Below, one piece after another: positions 36,390 to 46,806 of a stretch of 64,000 nucleotides of DNA (position 1 is its first letter; each line of letters begins with the position of its first letter). The stretch lies in the NCBI GenBank assembly GCA_963666205.1, contig OY762654.1:1568001-1632000 (forward strand). The letters are read 5' to 3'. Below the pieces are notes generated by a model. The model made no database searches, was not told the DNA's origin, and worked only from the letters and a program-made list of their open reading frames with translations. This stretch comes from Synergistales bacterium (lineage in GTDB: Bacteria; Synergistota; Synergistia; Synergistales; JAFGMB01). The position numbers were made by a program, and so were the translations under genes.

Positions 36390-36512
36390 TGTGGAAAAGT
36401 TATACACCATTGTGGAAATCTTTCAGCATGATAAAGTGATATTGAATATTATTGTGGACAAATACACATATTCCTTTAATCCAGGGGACTTCACAAGCCC
36501 GACTGTGTATAA
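36390..36512. promoter_or_regulatory. Cluster of DnaA-box-like 9-mers
   Basis: TGTGGAAAA 36390, TTATACACC 36400, TGTGGAAAT 36411, TGTGGACAA 36453, TGTGTATAA 36504, compared with TTWTNCACA. Confidence 0.6.
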
Positions 36513-36540
36513 TTTGACCTGTAAAGGGGGGAGGGGCAAA

Positions 36541-36750
36541 ATGATCTGGTTCTTTGGCAACAAGAAAGAGCATAAAGGGAATGCGTGGATTTCTCCTGAA
36601 AAATGTACAGGATGTGCCATGTGCCTTGCTGTCTGCCCCGTAAAGGCAATCAGACTTGACGGTCAAATTGCCATGGTTGTGGATTCAAAATGCATCAGCT
36701 GCGGCATATGCTGTATAGCATGTCCCGAGAAAGCCATACACATAAAGTGA
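36541..36750 (+). CDS. 2[4Fe-4S] ferredoxin-like protein
   Basis: CTGCAMC...CP and CISCGIC...CP. SD GGGAGG and extended -10 TGTGTATAAT upstream. Confidence 0.9.
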   Translation: MIWFFGNKKEHKGNAWISPEKCTGCAMCLAVCPVKAIRLDGQIAMVVDSKCISCGICCIACPEKAIHIK

Positions 36751-36780
36751 TTCTTTCTTCCTTATCGTTCCATTGATTTA

Positions 36781-38424
36781 TCAGGGAAGAAAATCCATGA
36801 TCTCCCTGAAGGTAAAACCCTTTTCCTCCAGAAGGATCAGGCATGCATCTACAACATCTTCTTCGTAGAGAATACCCCTGTTATTTTTCAGTTCTGAGAT
36901 GGTTCTTTCCATTCCAAGGCTTGACCGGTAGGGCCTGTGGGAAAGCATGGCCTCCACCACGTCGGCCACTGCGAGTATCTTTGCTTCCAGCATTATCTCC
37001 GAAGCTTTGAGCCCCTGGGGGTAACCAGATCCATCCAGCCTTTCATGATGCTGGTATATCATCTCGGAAATAGGCCAAGGGAACTCCACGGTCTTCAGGA
37101 TCTCTTTTCCATAGTAGGAATGAGTCCTTATCATGTCCATTTCAGTTTCAGTGATCTTCCCGGGTTTGATAAGTATGGATGACGGGATCTTGATCTTCCC
37201 CACATCGTGAACAAGGGCAGCGTACCTGATGGGAATTATCTTTTCCTCAGAAAGGTTCATTTCCTCCGCAATGGCAACGGCAAGCTGGGATACCCGCTGT
37301 TGATGGCCCCCTGTGTAGGGATCCCCCACTTCAATTATCTTTCCAAGGACTTTGATCATGTCTTCCACATTATTAAGAAGCTGTATGTTTCTTATCTCAA
37401 GCTCCTCTTCAATTTTTTTTCTGAGAAGTACTGCTCCCAGAAGGTTACAATAAAGTCTCAGATCTTCAATATCTCTCTGTTTCCACAAAAAGACTTCTTT
37501 CAAGTTCCTGACACTTACAAATCCTACTGGCATATCTTCCATGAAAAAGGGAATATTGATCATTGATACGATATTGTTTGCCTGGAAAATTGACCTTTCC
37601 CTGGAACCCTCCTCGGGAATGAGGGCCACATCCTCCACAATAAACTGTTTTTCCGTGATTATCTTCTGATAGAACCAGGCAAGATCCGACAGGTCATATT
37701 CCCTTGAAGGGAAATTGTTTTCAGAATTCTCTTCAGCAGAATACTCATGGCTGCAATACATCCTGTTATTCTCCAGATTGAAGAGAAAAACAGATACATA
37801 ACTGGATCTGAAAAAACAACATATTTCTTTCAGTGATTTTGAGATGCTGAGGTCAACATCTTCGGAGGTCATAAAGGTTGATGATATATTCGCTATCAGG
37901 GATTCAAAACCAAGCCTCAGTTCAAGGTTACGTTCTGCATCTCTGATCTGGGAAAGATCTCTGTATACGGCATAGGCCGAAGCACCTGCCATACCCTTTA
38001 CAATTGGCATGGCAAGGATGGAAACTGGAAGAAGGGTCCCATCCTTCCTTCTCCGAACAGTTTCTATCAGGCTTCCACACCCCGAACGGGCTTTAAGTGT
38101 CACTTCACGGGCTTCCTCCTTCAGGCCGGAAGAGCGGGTTATAATCTGATCCAGATCTTTACCCTCAAGTTCTTTCCCGGAATAGCCGAACATCTCGCAG
38201 AATTTTTTGTTCACCCTGCAGATTAAGCAGTTTTCATCGACCATGACAACACCCTCGGGAAAGTTATCGAAAAAACACTGCCAGTAATTTTCTTCCTTTT
38301 CAAGCTGTATATTTTCTCTCAAGATCCCTGGACCGGACAGATCTTTATCTTCCATAATAAAAAGCTGCTCCGGTTCAAACACTATCTCCTCTTCTCCTGC
38401 TACAATGTCATGTTTCCTTAACAT
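36781..38424 (-). CDS. PAS-GAF-HD-GYP cyclic dinucleotide phosphodiesterase
   Basis: PAS (RRKDG), GAF-like middle, DPYT.GH..RV, HDVGK, HHERLDGSGYPQG, ADVVEAM.SHRPYR. Confidence 0.92.
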   Translation of the reverse strand: MLRKHDIVAGEEEIVFEPEQLFIMEDKDLSGPGILRENIQLEKEENYWQCFFDNFPEGVVMVDENCLICRVNKKFCEMFGYSGKELEGKDLDQIITRSSGLKEEAREVTLKARSGCGSLIETVRRRKDGTLLPVSILAMPIVKGMAGASAYAVYRDLSQIRDAERNLELRLGFESLIANISSTFMTSEDVDLSISKSLKEICCFFRSSYVSVFLFNLENNRMYCSHEYSAEENSENNFPSREYDLSDLAWFYQKIITEKQFIVEDVALIPEEGSRERSIFQANNIVSMINIPFFMEDMPVGFVSVRNLKEVFLWKQRDIEDLRLYCNLLGAVLLRKKIEEELEIRNIQLLNNVEDMIKVLGKIIEVGDPYTGGHQQRVSQLAVAIAEEMNLSEEKIIPIRYAALVHDVGKIKIPSSILIKPGKITETEMDMIRTHSYYGKEILKTVEFPWPISEMIYQHHERLDGSGYPQGLKASEIMLEAKILAVADVVEAMLSHRPYRSSLGMERTISELKNNRGILYEEDVVDACLILLEEKGFTFREIMDFLP

Positions 38425-38529
38425 GAAGACCTCCATCGGTTAATAGAATAAGGGAACACAGTCAGTCTATGGATCACTCATCACACTCTGATCGACAAAG
38501 CTTATCATAGTTTAATGTTTATACTCAAC

Positions 38530-38567
38530 AAAAAAAGGTTCCAATCCCCGTCGGGAACTGGAACCTT
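38530..38567 (-). terminator. Intrinsic terminator after the PPIase gene
   Basis: AAGGTTCCA...TGGAACCTT stem with a minus-strand T run. Confidence 0.7.
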
Positions 38568-38599
38568 CATTTTCTCGCAACATATACAAAGGGTATTAA

Positions 38600-39520
38600 T
38601 TAATTTTTGGCTTCAGGTGCCTTATCTCCGCTGTCTTCTTTCTGTTCCTCCGCTTTTTCCTCAAAGAACTCGGCAGGGTGCTTCGTCTTCAGTTCTGTAA
38701 GGGTCTCATCATATTTCCTGAACTGTTTCTCATTGAGGAGCTTTTCATTTATCTGTTCATTTACCTCAGCGAGTTCCTTGATCCTTTCAGGTTTCTTTTC
38801 ATCAACGCGGATTATGTGCCATCCATATTCTGTCTTGACAGGTTCGCTCAGGTTGCCTGCCTCAAGGGAAAAAGCCGCTTCCTCGAACTCTTTTACCATC
38901 TGCCCCCTGGCAAAAAATCCGAGTTCTCCTCCCTTTTCTTTTGAAGGACAGCTTGAAAATTCTGTTGCTGCCTCTTCAAAGGTCTTCTCTCCACCCTCAA
39001 GCATGGCAAGGATCTCTATGGCCTGATCCTCACTGGCTACAAGGATATGGGAAGCCTTGACCTGTTCCGGCTCCTTGAACTCTTCCTTATGCTCCTCAAA
39101 ATACTTTGCAACCTCTTCTTCACTTACAGTGATATCTTTCATAACCTCTTTCATAGCGTAGTTACTCATCAGGTTTTTACGGATATTTTCAAGGTCAGCC
39201 TTGAAATCATCCCTTTCAGCTACGTTGTTATCCTCTGCCCAGAGATAAAACAGTTCCTTGTTAACAAGCTCGTTGAGTATACGTTTTCTTCCGTAATCAG
39301 TATTGAACATAAAAGACTGCTGAGGAGGAAGCTGGGAAATTACCGCATCTACATCTTTAACCCTGATCTCCACATCGCCAACTTTAGCAAGGACCTTTTC
39401 TACATCCCTTTGCTCTTTTTCGGCAGGGACCTTTTCCTGTGCGAAAGCAACAACACTGAAGACCATTACAAAAACAAGAACGAGAAGTACTAATCTGGAA
39501 TATCTAGAAGATCCTGACAT
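38600..39520 (-). CDS. PpiC/parvulin-type peptidylprolyl isomerase (PrsA/SurA-like foldase)
   Basis: Signal peptide, ASHILV, S.CPS..GG.LG.F..GQMV.EFE, PVKT.YGWHII. Confidence 0.92.
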   Translation of the reverse strand: MSGSSRYSRLVLLVLVFVMVFSVVAFAQEKVPAEKEQRDVEKVLAKVGDVEIRVKDVDAVISQLPPQQSFMFNTDYGRKRILNELVNKELFYLWAEDNNVAERDDFKADLENIRKNLMSNYAMKEVMKDITVSEEEVAKYFEEHKEEFKEPEQVKASHILVASEDQAIEILAMLEGGEKTFEEAATEFSSCPSKEKGGELGFFARGQMVKEFEEAAFSLEAGNLSEPVKTEYGWHIIRVDEKKPERIKELAEVNEQINEKLLNEKQFRKYDETLTELKTKHPAEFFEEKAEEQKEDSGDKAPEAKN

Positions 39521-39612
39521 TTACATTCCTCCTAAAGGGAAATTTAAATTACCCGACAAGTCTATCATAAAGATAAATAACCCGATGGGTTGGAACAAAA
39601 AAACAGGTAATA

Positions 39613-40644
39613 TTACTTACCGGAATTATGATAGCTGTTATAGAACTCCTCATAATCTGCAAGCATGGTCTTCAGCAGGGCAGGCGTATCAAGACCATAG
39701 GGGCACCTGCTTGTACACTGACCACAGTTCCTGCATTCCCTTATCGTTTCCATTTTATTCTTCCACTCTTCTGTCATGTACTGCCGGAATGGTGCACGTC
39801 TCAGAAGAAAAGCCATGCGAGCAGCCTGTGGAATATCGATACCGGCCGGACAGGGCATGCAGTACCCGCAGCTGCGGCAGAAATTGCCTGCAAGGTCCTT
39901 TCGGTCCTTTTCTATCTTTTTGAACATATCTTCATCCAGTTCGGGAGGATCTTTCTCAAGGGCGAGAAACTGATCCAGTTCCCACTCCCTCTGGATTCCC
40001 CAGATGGGAACCACATTGTCAAACTTTCTGAAGAAAGCAAAGGGTATGGATGCATCGGTCACAAGACCGCCCGACAATCCCTTCATTGCGATCACACCCA
40101 CATCATGTTTTTTACAAAGGGATATGAGTTCCAGGTCCTTGTCTGCCGAGAGATGGTTCAGGGGAAACTGTATCGTATCGTACAATTCCGAGGCAGCCGC
40201 CTCCAGGGCCACATCAAGTGTATGGCTGGTCAGCCCTATAAAACGTATTTTACCTTCTTCCCTTGCTTTGAGGGCCTCATCGTAAAGACCGGTTTCATCA
40301 CCGGGCCTGGGCACTTTTTTGGCATTATGGAACTGATATATGTCAATATAGTCAGTTTTCATATTTTCCAGACTGGTTCCCAGATGTTCTCTGAGTTCCA
40401 CTCCATCCTTACCATGGCTTTTAGTGGAAATTACGATATCTTCCCTTAAATGAGCAAGGGAATAACCTATTTTTTCCTCGCTGTCCGTATAACTTCTGGC
40501 GGTATCAAAATAATTGATACCCCCTTCATAGGCTTTCTGAAGCAGATACTTTGCCTCATCAAAGGTAACCCGCTGTATGGGTAGAGCTCCAAAGGAACTT
40601 TTTGTGACCATGAGTCCCGTTCTTCCAAGCCGCATCCTATCCAA
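39613..40644 (-). CDS. Aldo/keto reductase with C-terminal 4Fe-4S domain
   Basis: LGRTGL, YFDTAR.Y..SE, STKS, DYIDIYQFH, CRSCGYC.PCP, CRNCGQC...CPY. Confidence 0.9.
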   Translation of the reverse strand: MDRMRLGRTGLMVTKSSFGALPIQRVTFDEAKYLLQKAYEGGINYFDTARSYTDSEEKIGYSLAHLREDIVISTKSHGKDGVELREHLGTSLENMKTDYIDIYQFHNAKKVPRPGDETGLYDEALKAREEGKIRFIGLTSHTLDVALEAAASELYDTIQFPLNHLSADKDLELISLCKKHDVGVIAMKGLSGGLVTDASIPFAFFRKFDNVVPIWGIQREWELDQFLALEKDPPELDEDMFKKIEKDRKDLAGNFCRSCGYCMPCPAGIDIPQAARMAFLLRRAPFRQYMTEEWKNKMETIRECRNCGQCTSRCPYGLDTPALLKTMLADYEEFYNSYHNSGK

Positions 40645-40781
40645 TACTGTTCCCTCCTTTACTGTAATGACAAACCTATTATACCTTCATTTCTCCAGAG
40701 AAATAACATGGATATCAGTTGATCCTGAAAACAGATCAAAGAAAGAAAAACAACGGATGGATAAATGATAAAGGGAAAAAC

Positions 40782-42986
40782 CTAGTAACCGAACATCCTG
40801 TAATTACCGCTAAGATAGTCATAGAGGCTGTAGACAACCCCTGTTTCTGGCAGTTCTTTTCCGGATATCTCACAGCATATACTGACAAGGGAGTAATATA
40901 GATCATCTCTCAGCCTTGCGGGCTGCAACTGGCCCCAGAGCTGTTCAGGCGTTTTCCATGCCCCTGGCTGACGGGCAGCATAATAGTTCCATTTGGACAA
41001 AAGGGAAAATTCCCTTTCCTGGCTATAGGAAAGGCTGCTCCCCCAAAGGGCTCCGGGGGGTATATTCAGATACATGCCGAGGTTGCTGTAATCCCGACCC
41101 CGGGTAAGTTCATCTGTCTTTGCTATCCAGAAACCTATGCCTAGATCATTCCACCATCTTGTAGCTGTAAGCTTGATCCCTTCATCCCCATCGATGAAGC
41201 GGCCCCACTCCGCCATGAGGTCCAGGTTATATAACGGATCGGAGTAACCTGCCTGAAGCCACCAGGCCCATTCCCATTCATCACTTCTGTAACTTCCGGG
41301 GTCGGTTTCAACCCTGCCTCCTCCTGTTATTTCCACGGGATCATCCGAGAGGGAGCAAAAACTCTCCGGATCTCTTTCATGGAAAAGACTCACTCTTGCC
41401 CCAGCCCACCATCTTCCGTCCTTTCCATAGAACCTTCCCCAGGCATTTCCGCCGAACCACTGGTCATCAAGCCATCCCGCCTCCATAAGGAAAGCACTGT
41501 CGTTTCCCGGATGGGCAAAACTGGCAACTCCTTTATAGATTCGGGTATAATCATTGACCTCCGGTTCCCACGGTATATCTGCATCATTGAGCAGGGGCTG
41601 ACGTACATCCAGGAACACTTCCCAACCGCTGGAGGTTCTCATCCTGTATATCCAGTCCACGCTCCACCGGTCCATGTAGGAATCGTCATCAACTGCATCT
41701 ATCCTCGGTTCGTAGGATATCATGGCCCGGAACTCTGAAACACCCTTCGCTTCGGTATCTCCAGGACCGGAACAGAAGAACCATTTTTCCCCATCTTCCA
41801 CCAGCCCGTTTCTGAACCATGTGACCTCCGTTTCCCGGTTGTCATTCACAAGTATCTCTCCCATTCTCAGAAGGGCCACATGTGAGCCAGGAACATCCAC
41901 CCGTGCCACGGGGTCTCCCCGGACCTTCACGACCAGGGTCATGACCTTTACATCCCATGGCAGAATAAATGATGCGTGGTAAATGACCCTTGCCATTGCC
42001 TCGGCCTGGGATGAATAGCCAATATTCTCATAAGCCAGAAGGATCTTCTTCTCACCTATGAGGACTTCCACATCCCTGATACCCAGGTTCTGGCCCAGTT
42101 CCTCCACAAGCCTGGCCGACAGTTTGTTCAGGTCTGTCCTGTTCCAGTCAGGTAATAGAATATCTTCATCAGGAGGCCTGGAACATCTTTTCTTTCTGCC
42201 CCCAAAGACAGGTTTTGAAAAATCAAGGTTCCAGGAAACAGAAAGGGACCATTCTTCATCCCTCTGTCTGCTTATTCCAAGGTCCAGTCCCACATCTGTT
42301 CTGGCATGTATCCCAAAGTTCCAGTTTTCATCAGTTTCATGAGGGTCAAAACCGAATAATTCCCTTTCCTTCTGGCTGGGATCCAGATCACAATACTCTG
42401 CCTTAAGCTCCAGACTGTCATTCAGCATCCAGGACAGACCTCCGAAGAAACCGTTATACCGATCCGAACCATAACCCGCAGAAAGAGCCAGTTTTTCCCA
42501 TTCCCAGGTGGCTACAGCATATAAGGCTTCCTGTATTCCATCTTCAAGAAGATCCGTCCCCCCAACGGCAAGGGAAGGAGTCCAGCCATTACCTGAGTAA
42601 AGAAGAAGTTTCAGATCCACTCCTCTTTCACTATGGCTTTTGGAAATCCCGTATTTGTAGAACCCGTCGGAGGACCCAATATATCTGAGGTTGAATTCCA
42701 TCCATGGAAGGTAGCCAAGGGTAACATACCAGGTCCTGTAAGGATCACTCCATGAATGGCCGATCCAACCCTTTCCATCACCCGGCATCTGGGCAGTAGG
42801 ACATTCATAGAGGCCAGTAAAACCTGCATTGGAAGGGGATGCAGCCTCTAAAACATCTGTTGTGGTAATAAGGGAAAAGTGAAGAGTCAGGATAAGAATC
42901 ATCATTACCCTGGTTAAAATTTCGTTCACCTCCATAGGATAAGGCTTCATTCTCACCCAAAGGACAATCTGGTTTACCTGGAACAT
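40782..42986 (-). CDS. YjbH/GfcD-like outer-membrane protein (start uncertain)
   Basis: SNAG.TGL...PTA, PYR, LPW.E, D.KL, P.LAVG..D, GRF..GD.G. Divergent from the polysaccharide export genes. Confidence 0.75.
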   Translation of the reverse strand: MFQVNQIVLWVRMKPYPMEVNEILTRVMMILILTLHFSLITTTDVLEAASPSNAGFTGLYECPTAQMPGDGKGWIGHSWSDPYRTWYVTLGYLPWMEFNLRYIGSSDGFYKYGISKSHSERGVDLKLLLYSGNGWTPSLAVGGTDLLEDGIQEALYAVATWEWEKLALSAGYGSDRYNGFFGGLSWMLNDSLELKAEYCDLDPSQKERELFGFDPHETDENWNFGIHARTDVGLDLGISRQRDEEWSLSVSWNLDFSKPVFGGRKKRCSRPPDEDILLPDWNRTDLNKLSARLVEELGQNLGIRDVEVLIGEKKILLAYENIGYSSQAEAMARVIYHASFILPWDVKVMTLVVKVRGDPVARVDVPGSHVALLRMGEILVNDNRETEVTWFRNGLVEDGEKWFFCSGPGDTEAKGVSEFRAMISYEPRIDAVDDDSYMDRWSVDWIYRMRTSSGWEVFLDVRQPLLNDADIPWEPEVNDYTRIYKGVASFAHPGNDSAFLMEAGWLDDQWFGGNAWGRFYGKDGRWWAGARVSLFHERDPESFCSLSDDPVEITGGGRVETDPGSYRSDEWEWAWWLQAGYSDPLYNLDLMAEWGRFIDGDEGIKLTATRWWNDLGIGFWIAKTDELTRGRDYSNLGMYLNIPPGALWGSSLSYSQEREFSLLSKWNYYAARQPGAWKTPEQLWGQLQPARLRDDLYYSLVSICCEISGKELPETGVVYSLYDYLSGNYRMFGY

Positions 42987-43364
42987 CTAAAGAATTTTTT
43001 ACGTCTGGTATGGAAATTCATGAACAATTTCTGCAGTCTGGAAAGGAAAATCCTTATCTGAGGTAAGGAAAAACAATTCGACATTCGTTATTTAAGAATA
43101 ATTCTCAAAAATAAGATTACAACATCTTTACATATAATGCAATGTAGTAATATAATGAAGCGAATAGATTACTTCTTTAACATTTCTTTCAGATGAATAA
43201 CTGCTTAGTTTTTCATTTCAGCCCCTTTCACCCAAGTGCATTTTAAATTGAATTCCCTCTTTATATTTCTTAAAGAATTACCAGTTATCATCAATATTTT
43301 TCAATCCAGAGTAATTAAATCACTATCAACATCACGAAAAACCTTATTAAAGGGAGGTATTTAT

Positions 43365-45554
43365 ATGAAGCCTCGACTGCAGATAATTATTTACGTATTT
43401 CTTTCATTTTTTCTCCTTTTCTCATGCCTTGCCCTTCTTGCCCCGGCAGCTCCATTCAGCAACAACATCCCCCAGCAGGGACCGGGTATGTACATACCGG
43501 CTAAACCTGGAGAGGAAGGGTTTCAACAGTTTCCCTGGGAAACACTCTCATCTGACCAGGGTTCAGGATATACTCTCCCGGAAATACAAACGCCGCCGCC
43601 TCCTCCGAGTCAACAACAGCAGACTCAGGTCACCAGTATAACAAGTCCGGATATAAAAGATTTTATTTCAGGAGCTCATCCTTCCGAGATAACAAAGCTG
43701 CTCCCACGTTTCGGATATTCCTTTTTTAATGCCCCCTCAACTACCTTTACACCCCTTCTGGATATTCCGGTAGGTCCTGATTACATTCTGGGTCCGGGAG
43801 ACAGTCTTCGGGTATCCATATGGGGATTCCAGGAAGGTCAGTATACTCTCGAAGTTGACAGGAACGGTAATATCTCCCTGCCTGGAGCTGGAGTGATAGG
43901 AGTGGCAGGACTCACTTTCGAGCAGGCAAAATGGGCCATAGAAAAGGCATATTCCCAGTATTTCACCAATTTCGAGATCAATATCACCATGGGACAGCTC
44001 CGTACAATAACCATTTATGTGGTGGGTCATGCCAACCGCCCTGGTGCCTATTCCATATCCTCCCTTTCCACCATCATCAACGGACTCATTGCAGCCGGGG
44101 GACCAGGCTATTCGGGTACATTAAGGAATATACAGCTCAAACGGAACGACAGGGTGGTCTGTACCTTCGACAGCTATGACCTTCTCTTAAAGGGTAATAA
44201 AAAAAATGACAGGAGGTTAATGCCTGGAGATGTAATATTTATTCCTCCTGTCGGGGCCCTTGCCGGAATAACTGGAGATGTCAAAAAACCCGCCTATTAC
44301 GAGCTGAAGGGAAACACCAGGCTTTCAGACCTTGTTGAAATGGCAGGCGGTTTCACCGGCAGTTACTTCAGAGGAAGGGTTCAGATAGACCGCACCATGG
44401 GACACGAATACCGAACAGCCATTGGAAACGACCTGAAAGGACTCAAGGAAGACCCGAAAAGAAACATTTTCATTCAGAACGGAGACCTGGTAAAGGTCTT
44501 CCCAGTCCATGAGAAGGACTCCTTCGCCTTCCTGTCCGGTGCCATTTCAAGACCGGGCAGATATGCTATTCAGCCCGGATCCACCAGAGTGGGGGAGCTT
44601 CTGAGAAGGGCTGGAGGCCCCCTTTACATGGCTTCTGAAACTGGGGAGATAACAAGAGTACATGTGACCCAGGCCGGACCGCAGACCGAGAGATTCATCT
44701 TCAATGTGGGAAGGGCTATGAACGGAGATCCTGATCATGATTTCAGACTTGAACTTAATGACTACATCACTGTAAGAACTGTCCCCGAATGGGATCTTTA
44801 CAGAACAGTGCGGATACTGGGCGAGGTCAGATACCCGGGTATCTACTCGGTCCAGAAGGGTGAAAGGCTTTCAGATCTTCTGGAAAGAGCGGGTGGATAC
44901 ACTTCAAGCGCCTTTCTCAAGGGATCATTCCTGGCACGAAAAAGCGTGATGACAAACCAGCAGAGGGAAATAAATAAGATGCTTGAAAGACTCGAAACAA
45001 GCCTCTACGGAAATGCAGTTGAGGGCGTTTCGACCGCACTGAATCCCGGGGATGCTGAGTTGAGTGTTCTGGAAAGGGAACAGCGGCAAAGATTCCTGAC
45101 AGCCCTGCGCCAGGTGAAACCCTCGGGCAGGATGGTTGTCAATCTCCCTGAAAATTACCGTCTACTCAAAGGGACCCCCTACGATGTTGAGCTTGAACAG
45201 GGAGATTCACTCTACATACCCAAACCTCCGGAGTCCGTGAACGTCGTGGGATCCGTTTTCAATCCAACATCCTTCACATACAGGCCCAACCAGAAATTCA
45301 CAGAATACATAAAACAGGCTGGAGGATACACCATCAATGCCGATCAGAAGAGAGTCTACCTCGTGCGGGCCGATGGAACGTCCTTAAGAGCCTTTGAGAA
45401 AAAGAAACCCCTTCTTGTTAAGGATGGGGACACCATCGTTGTTCCCGAAAAGATCTACGTAAAAAGCAACAAGCGGGATACCGCATACGTTATAGACATG
45501 CTTTACAAATTATCCATAAGCGTTGCGGTAGTTACAGACGCGTTCAATGATTAG
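43365..45554 (+). CDS. SLBB-repeat polysaccharide export protein (Wza/KpsD-like)
   Basis: DY.LGPGD, VD..G.I.LP, repeated V.G.V..PG.Y and L...AGG units. SD GGGAGG. Confidence 0.9.
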   Translation: MKPRLQIIIYVFLSFFLLFSCLALLAPAAPFSNNIPQQGPGMYIPAKPGEEGFQQFPWETLSSDQGSGYTLPEIQTPPPPPSQQQQTQVTSITSPDIKDFISGAHPSEITKLLPRFGYSFFNAPSTTFTPLLDIPVGPDYILGPGDSLRVSIWGFQEGQYTLEVDRNGNISLPGAGVIGVAGLTFEQAKWAIEKAYSQYFTNFEINITMGQLRTITIYVVGHANRPGAYSISSLSTIINGLIAAGGPGYSGTLRNIQLKRNDRVVCTFDSYDLLLKGNKKNDRRLMPGDVIFIPPVGALAGITGDVKKPAYYELKGNTRLSDLVEMAGGFTGSYFRGRVQIDRTMGHEYRTAIGNDLKGLKEDPKRNIFIQNGDLVKVFPVHEKDSFAFLSGAISRPGRYAIQPGSTRVGELLRRAGGPLYMASETGEITRVHVTQAGPQTERFIFNVGRAMNGDPDHDFRLELNDYITVRTVPEWDLYRTVRILGEVRYPGIYSVQKGERLSDLLERAGGYTSSAFLKGSFLARKSVMTNQQREINKMLERLETSLYGNAVEGVSTALNPGDAELSVLEREQRQRFLTALRQVKPSGRMVVNLPENYRLLKGTPYDVELEQGDSLYIPKPPESVNVVGSVFNPTSFTYRPNQKFTEYIKQAGGYTINADQKRVYLVRADGTSLRAFEKKKPLLVKDGDTIVVPEKIYVKSNKRDTAYVIDMLYKLSISVAVVTDAFND

Positions 45555-45582
45555 CTGATCAGACAGGAATGGAGGAAGGGAA

Positions 45583-46740
45583 ATGCCTGAAAACTGGAAT
45601 TATCCTCCTGAATCAGGGGAACCCGGAAAGGGAAAAAGAATTCGGGTCCATGATCACTTATACCGGAATATGGATCTTCTCAAATTTCTGAGAGAAAATC
45701 TTGGGAAAATCCTGATTTTTACTGTTTTATGCTCTTTGATCGCTTTTGTGATCATTTCGTCAATTCCTCCTAAATATAAAGCTCATACTTCCATTCTGCC
45801 AGTGAAGATGAATCCCCAGGCTGAGGATTTTTTTCAGGAAATGGGAGTCCAGAAAGCAAGGAATAATGAAAAAGCCTCTATTGATGACGTCGTTCTTGGC
45901 ATTCTTCAAAGCAGAACAATAAAAGACAAGATCATAAAAAGATTCGATCTTATGACCGAATTCGAGACAGACAAACAGGACAAAGCCAGAAAAGCGCTGA
46001 CCGATATGATCCAGGTGAATTCAGAAGCAACTACAGGGATAATAACCATCTCTGCTCTTAATAATGACCCTGAGAAAGCATCAAAACTTGCGAACGGGTA
46101 TGTATCTGCTCTGGAGGAGCTCCTCCAGGAACTTGCCATTACTCAAGCCTCCAGAGAAAGACTTTTCCTTGAAAAACAACTCGGGGAAACCCAGGAGAAA
46201 CTTATCAAAGCCGAAAACGAGCTGAAAGAATGCCAGAAAGAAATGGGCATTCTTGACGTTGAAAAACAGGCAGCCACTATTGTTCAGTCCATGTCAAGTC
46301 TTAAAGCCGCCCTCTGTGAAAAGGAGGTGGAACTCAGCGCTGCGATGACCTATGCAACACGGAAAAATTATCTGGTCCGAAGCCTTGAGGCTGAAGTACA
46401 GGAAATAAAAGATCAGCTTCGCAAAATTGAAGTTGAAGCAGCTGATAATGAACCTTACGCCAATACCCTTCAATTCCTTCCCGATGCCGGAATGGAATAT
46501 CTGAGGAAAGTAAGAACTCTGGAGTTTTATGAAACTCTCTACAATACGGTTCTATCGCAATACCAGAATGCAAGGATGGCTGAGGCAAAAGAGACCCTTA
46601 TGGTCCAAATACTTGACAGGGCAGTTCCACCCGATTCAACAGAAGGCCCCGGAACCATCATCGTCGTATTTTTTGCAGGTATTACAGCTGCATTCTTCTC
46701 CTTTTCCTTCCTTTTCCTGAAAAAGATGTTTATTGGATGA
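45583..46740 (+). CDS. Polysaccharide co-polymerase (Wzz/GumC-type, no kinase domain)
   Basis: Two TM segments flanking a coiled coil, P.Y.A...I, LQSR, ILD.A.PP. Confidence 0.85.
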   Translation: MPENWNYPPESGEPGKGKRIRVHDHLYRNMDLLKFLRENLGKILIFTVLCSLIAFVIISSIPPKYKAHTSILPVKMNPQAEDFFQEMGVQKARNNEKASIDDVVLGILQSRTIKDKIIKRFDLMTEFETDKQDKARKALTDMIQVNSEATTGIITISALNNDPEKASKLANGYVSALEELLQELAITQASRERLFLEKQLGETQEKLIKAENELKECQKEMGILDVEKQAATIVQSMSSLKAALCEKEVELSAAMTYATRKNYLVRSLEAEVQEIKDQLRKIEVEAADNEPYANTLQFLPDAGMEYLRKVRTLEFYETLYNTVLSQYQNARMAEAKETLMVQILDRAVPPDSTEGPGTIIVVFFAGITAAFFSFSFLFLKKMFIG

Positions 46741-46806
46741 TCAAAGGAAAAAGACAGGGCAAGTTAACCATATCATCAGAATATAAGGACAGGGAGGAGA
46801 GGTATC

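Noticed and set aside
36390-36512. oriC
   Set aside because: No dnaA or dnaN nearby and no switch in gene orientation. Kept only as a DnaA-box cluster.
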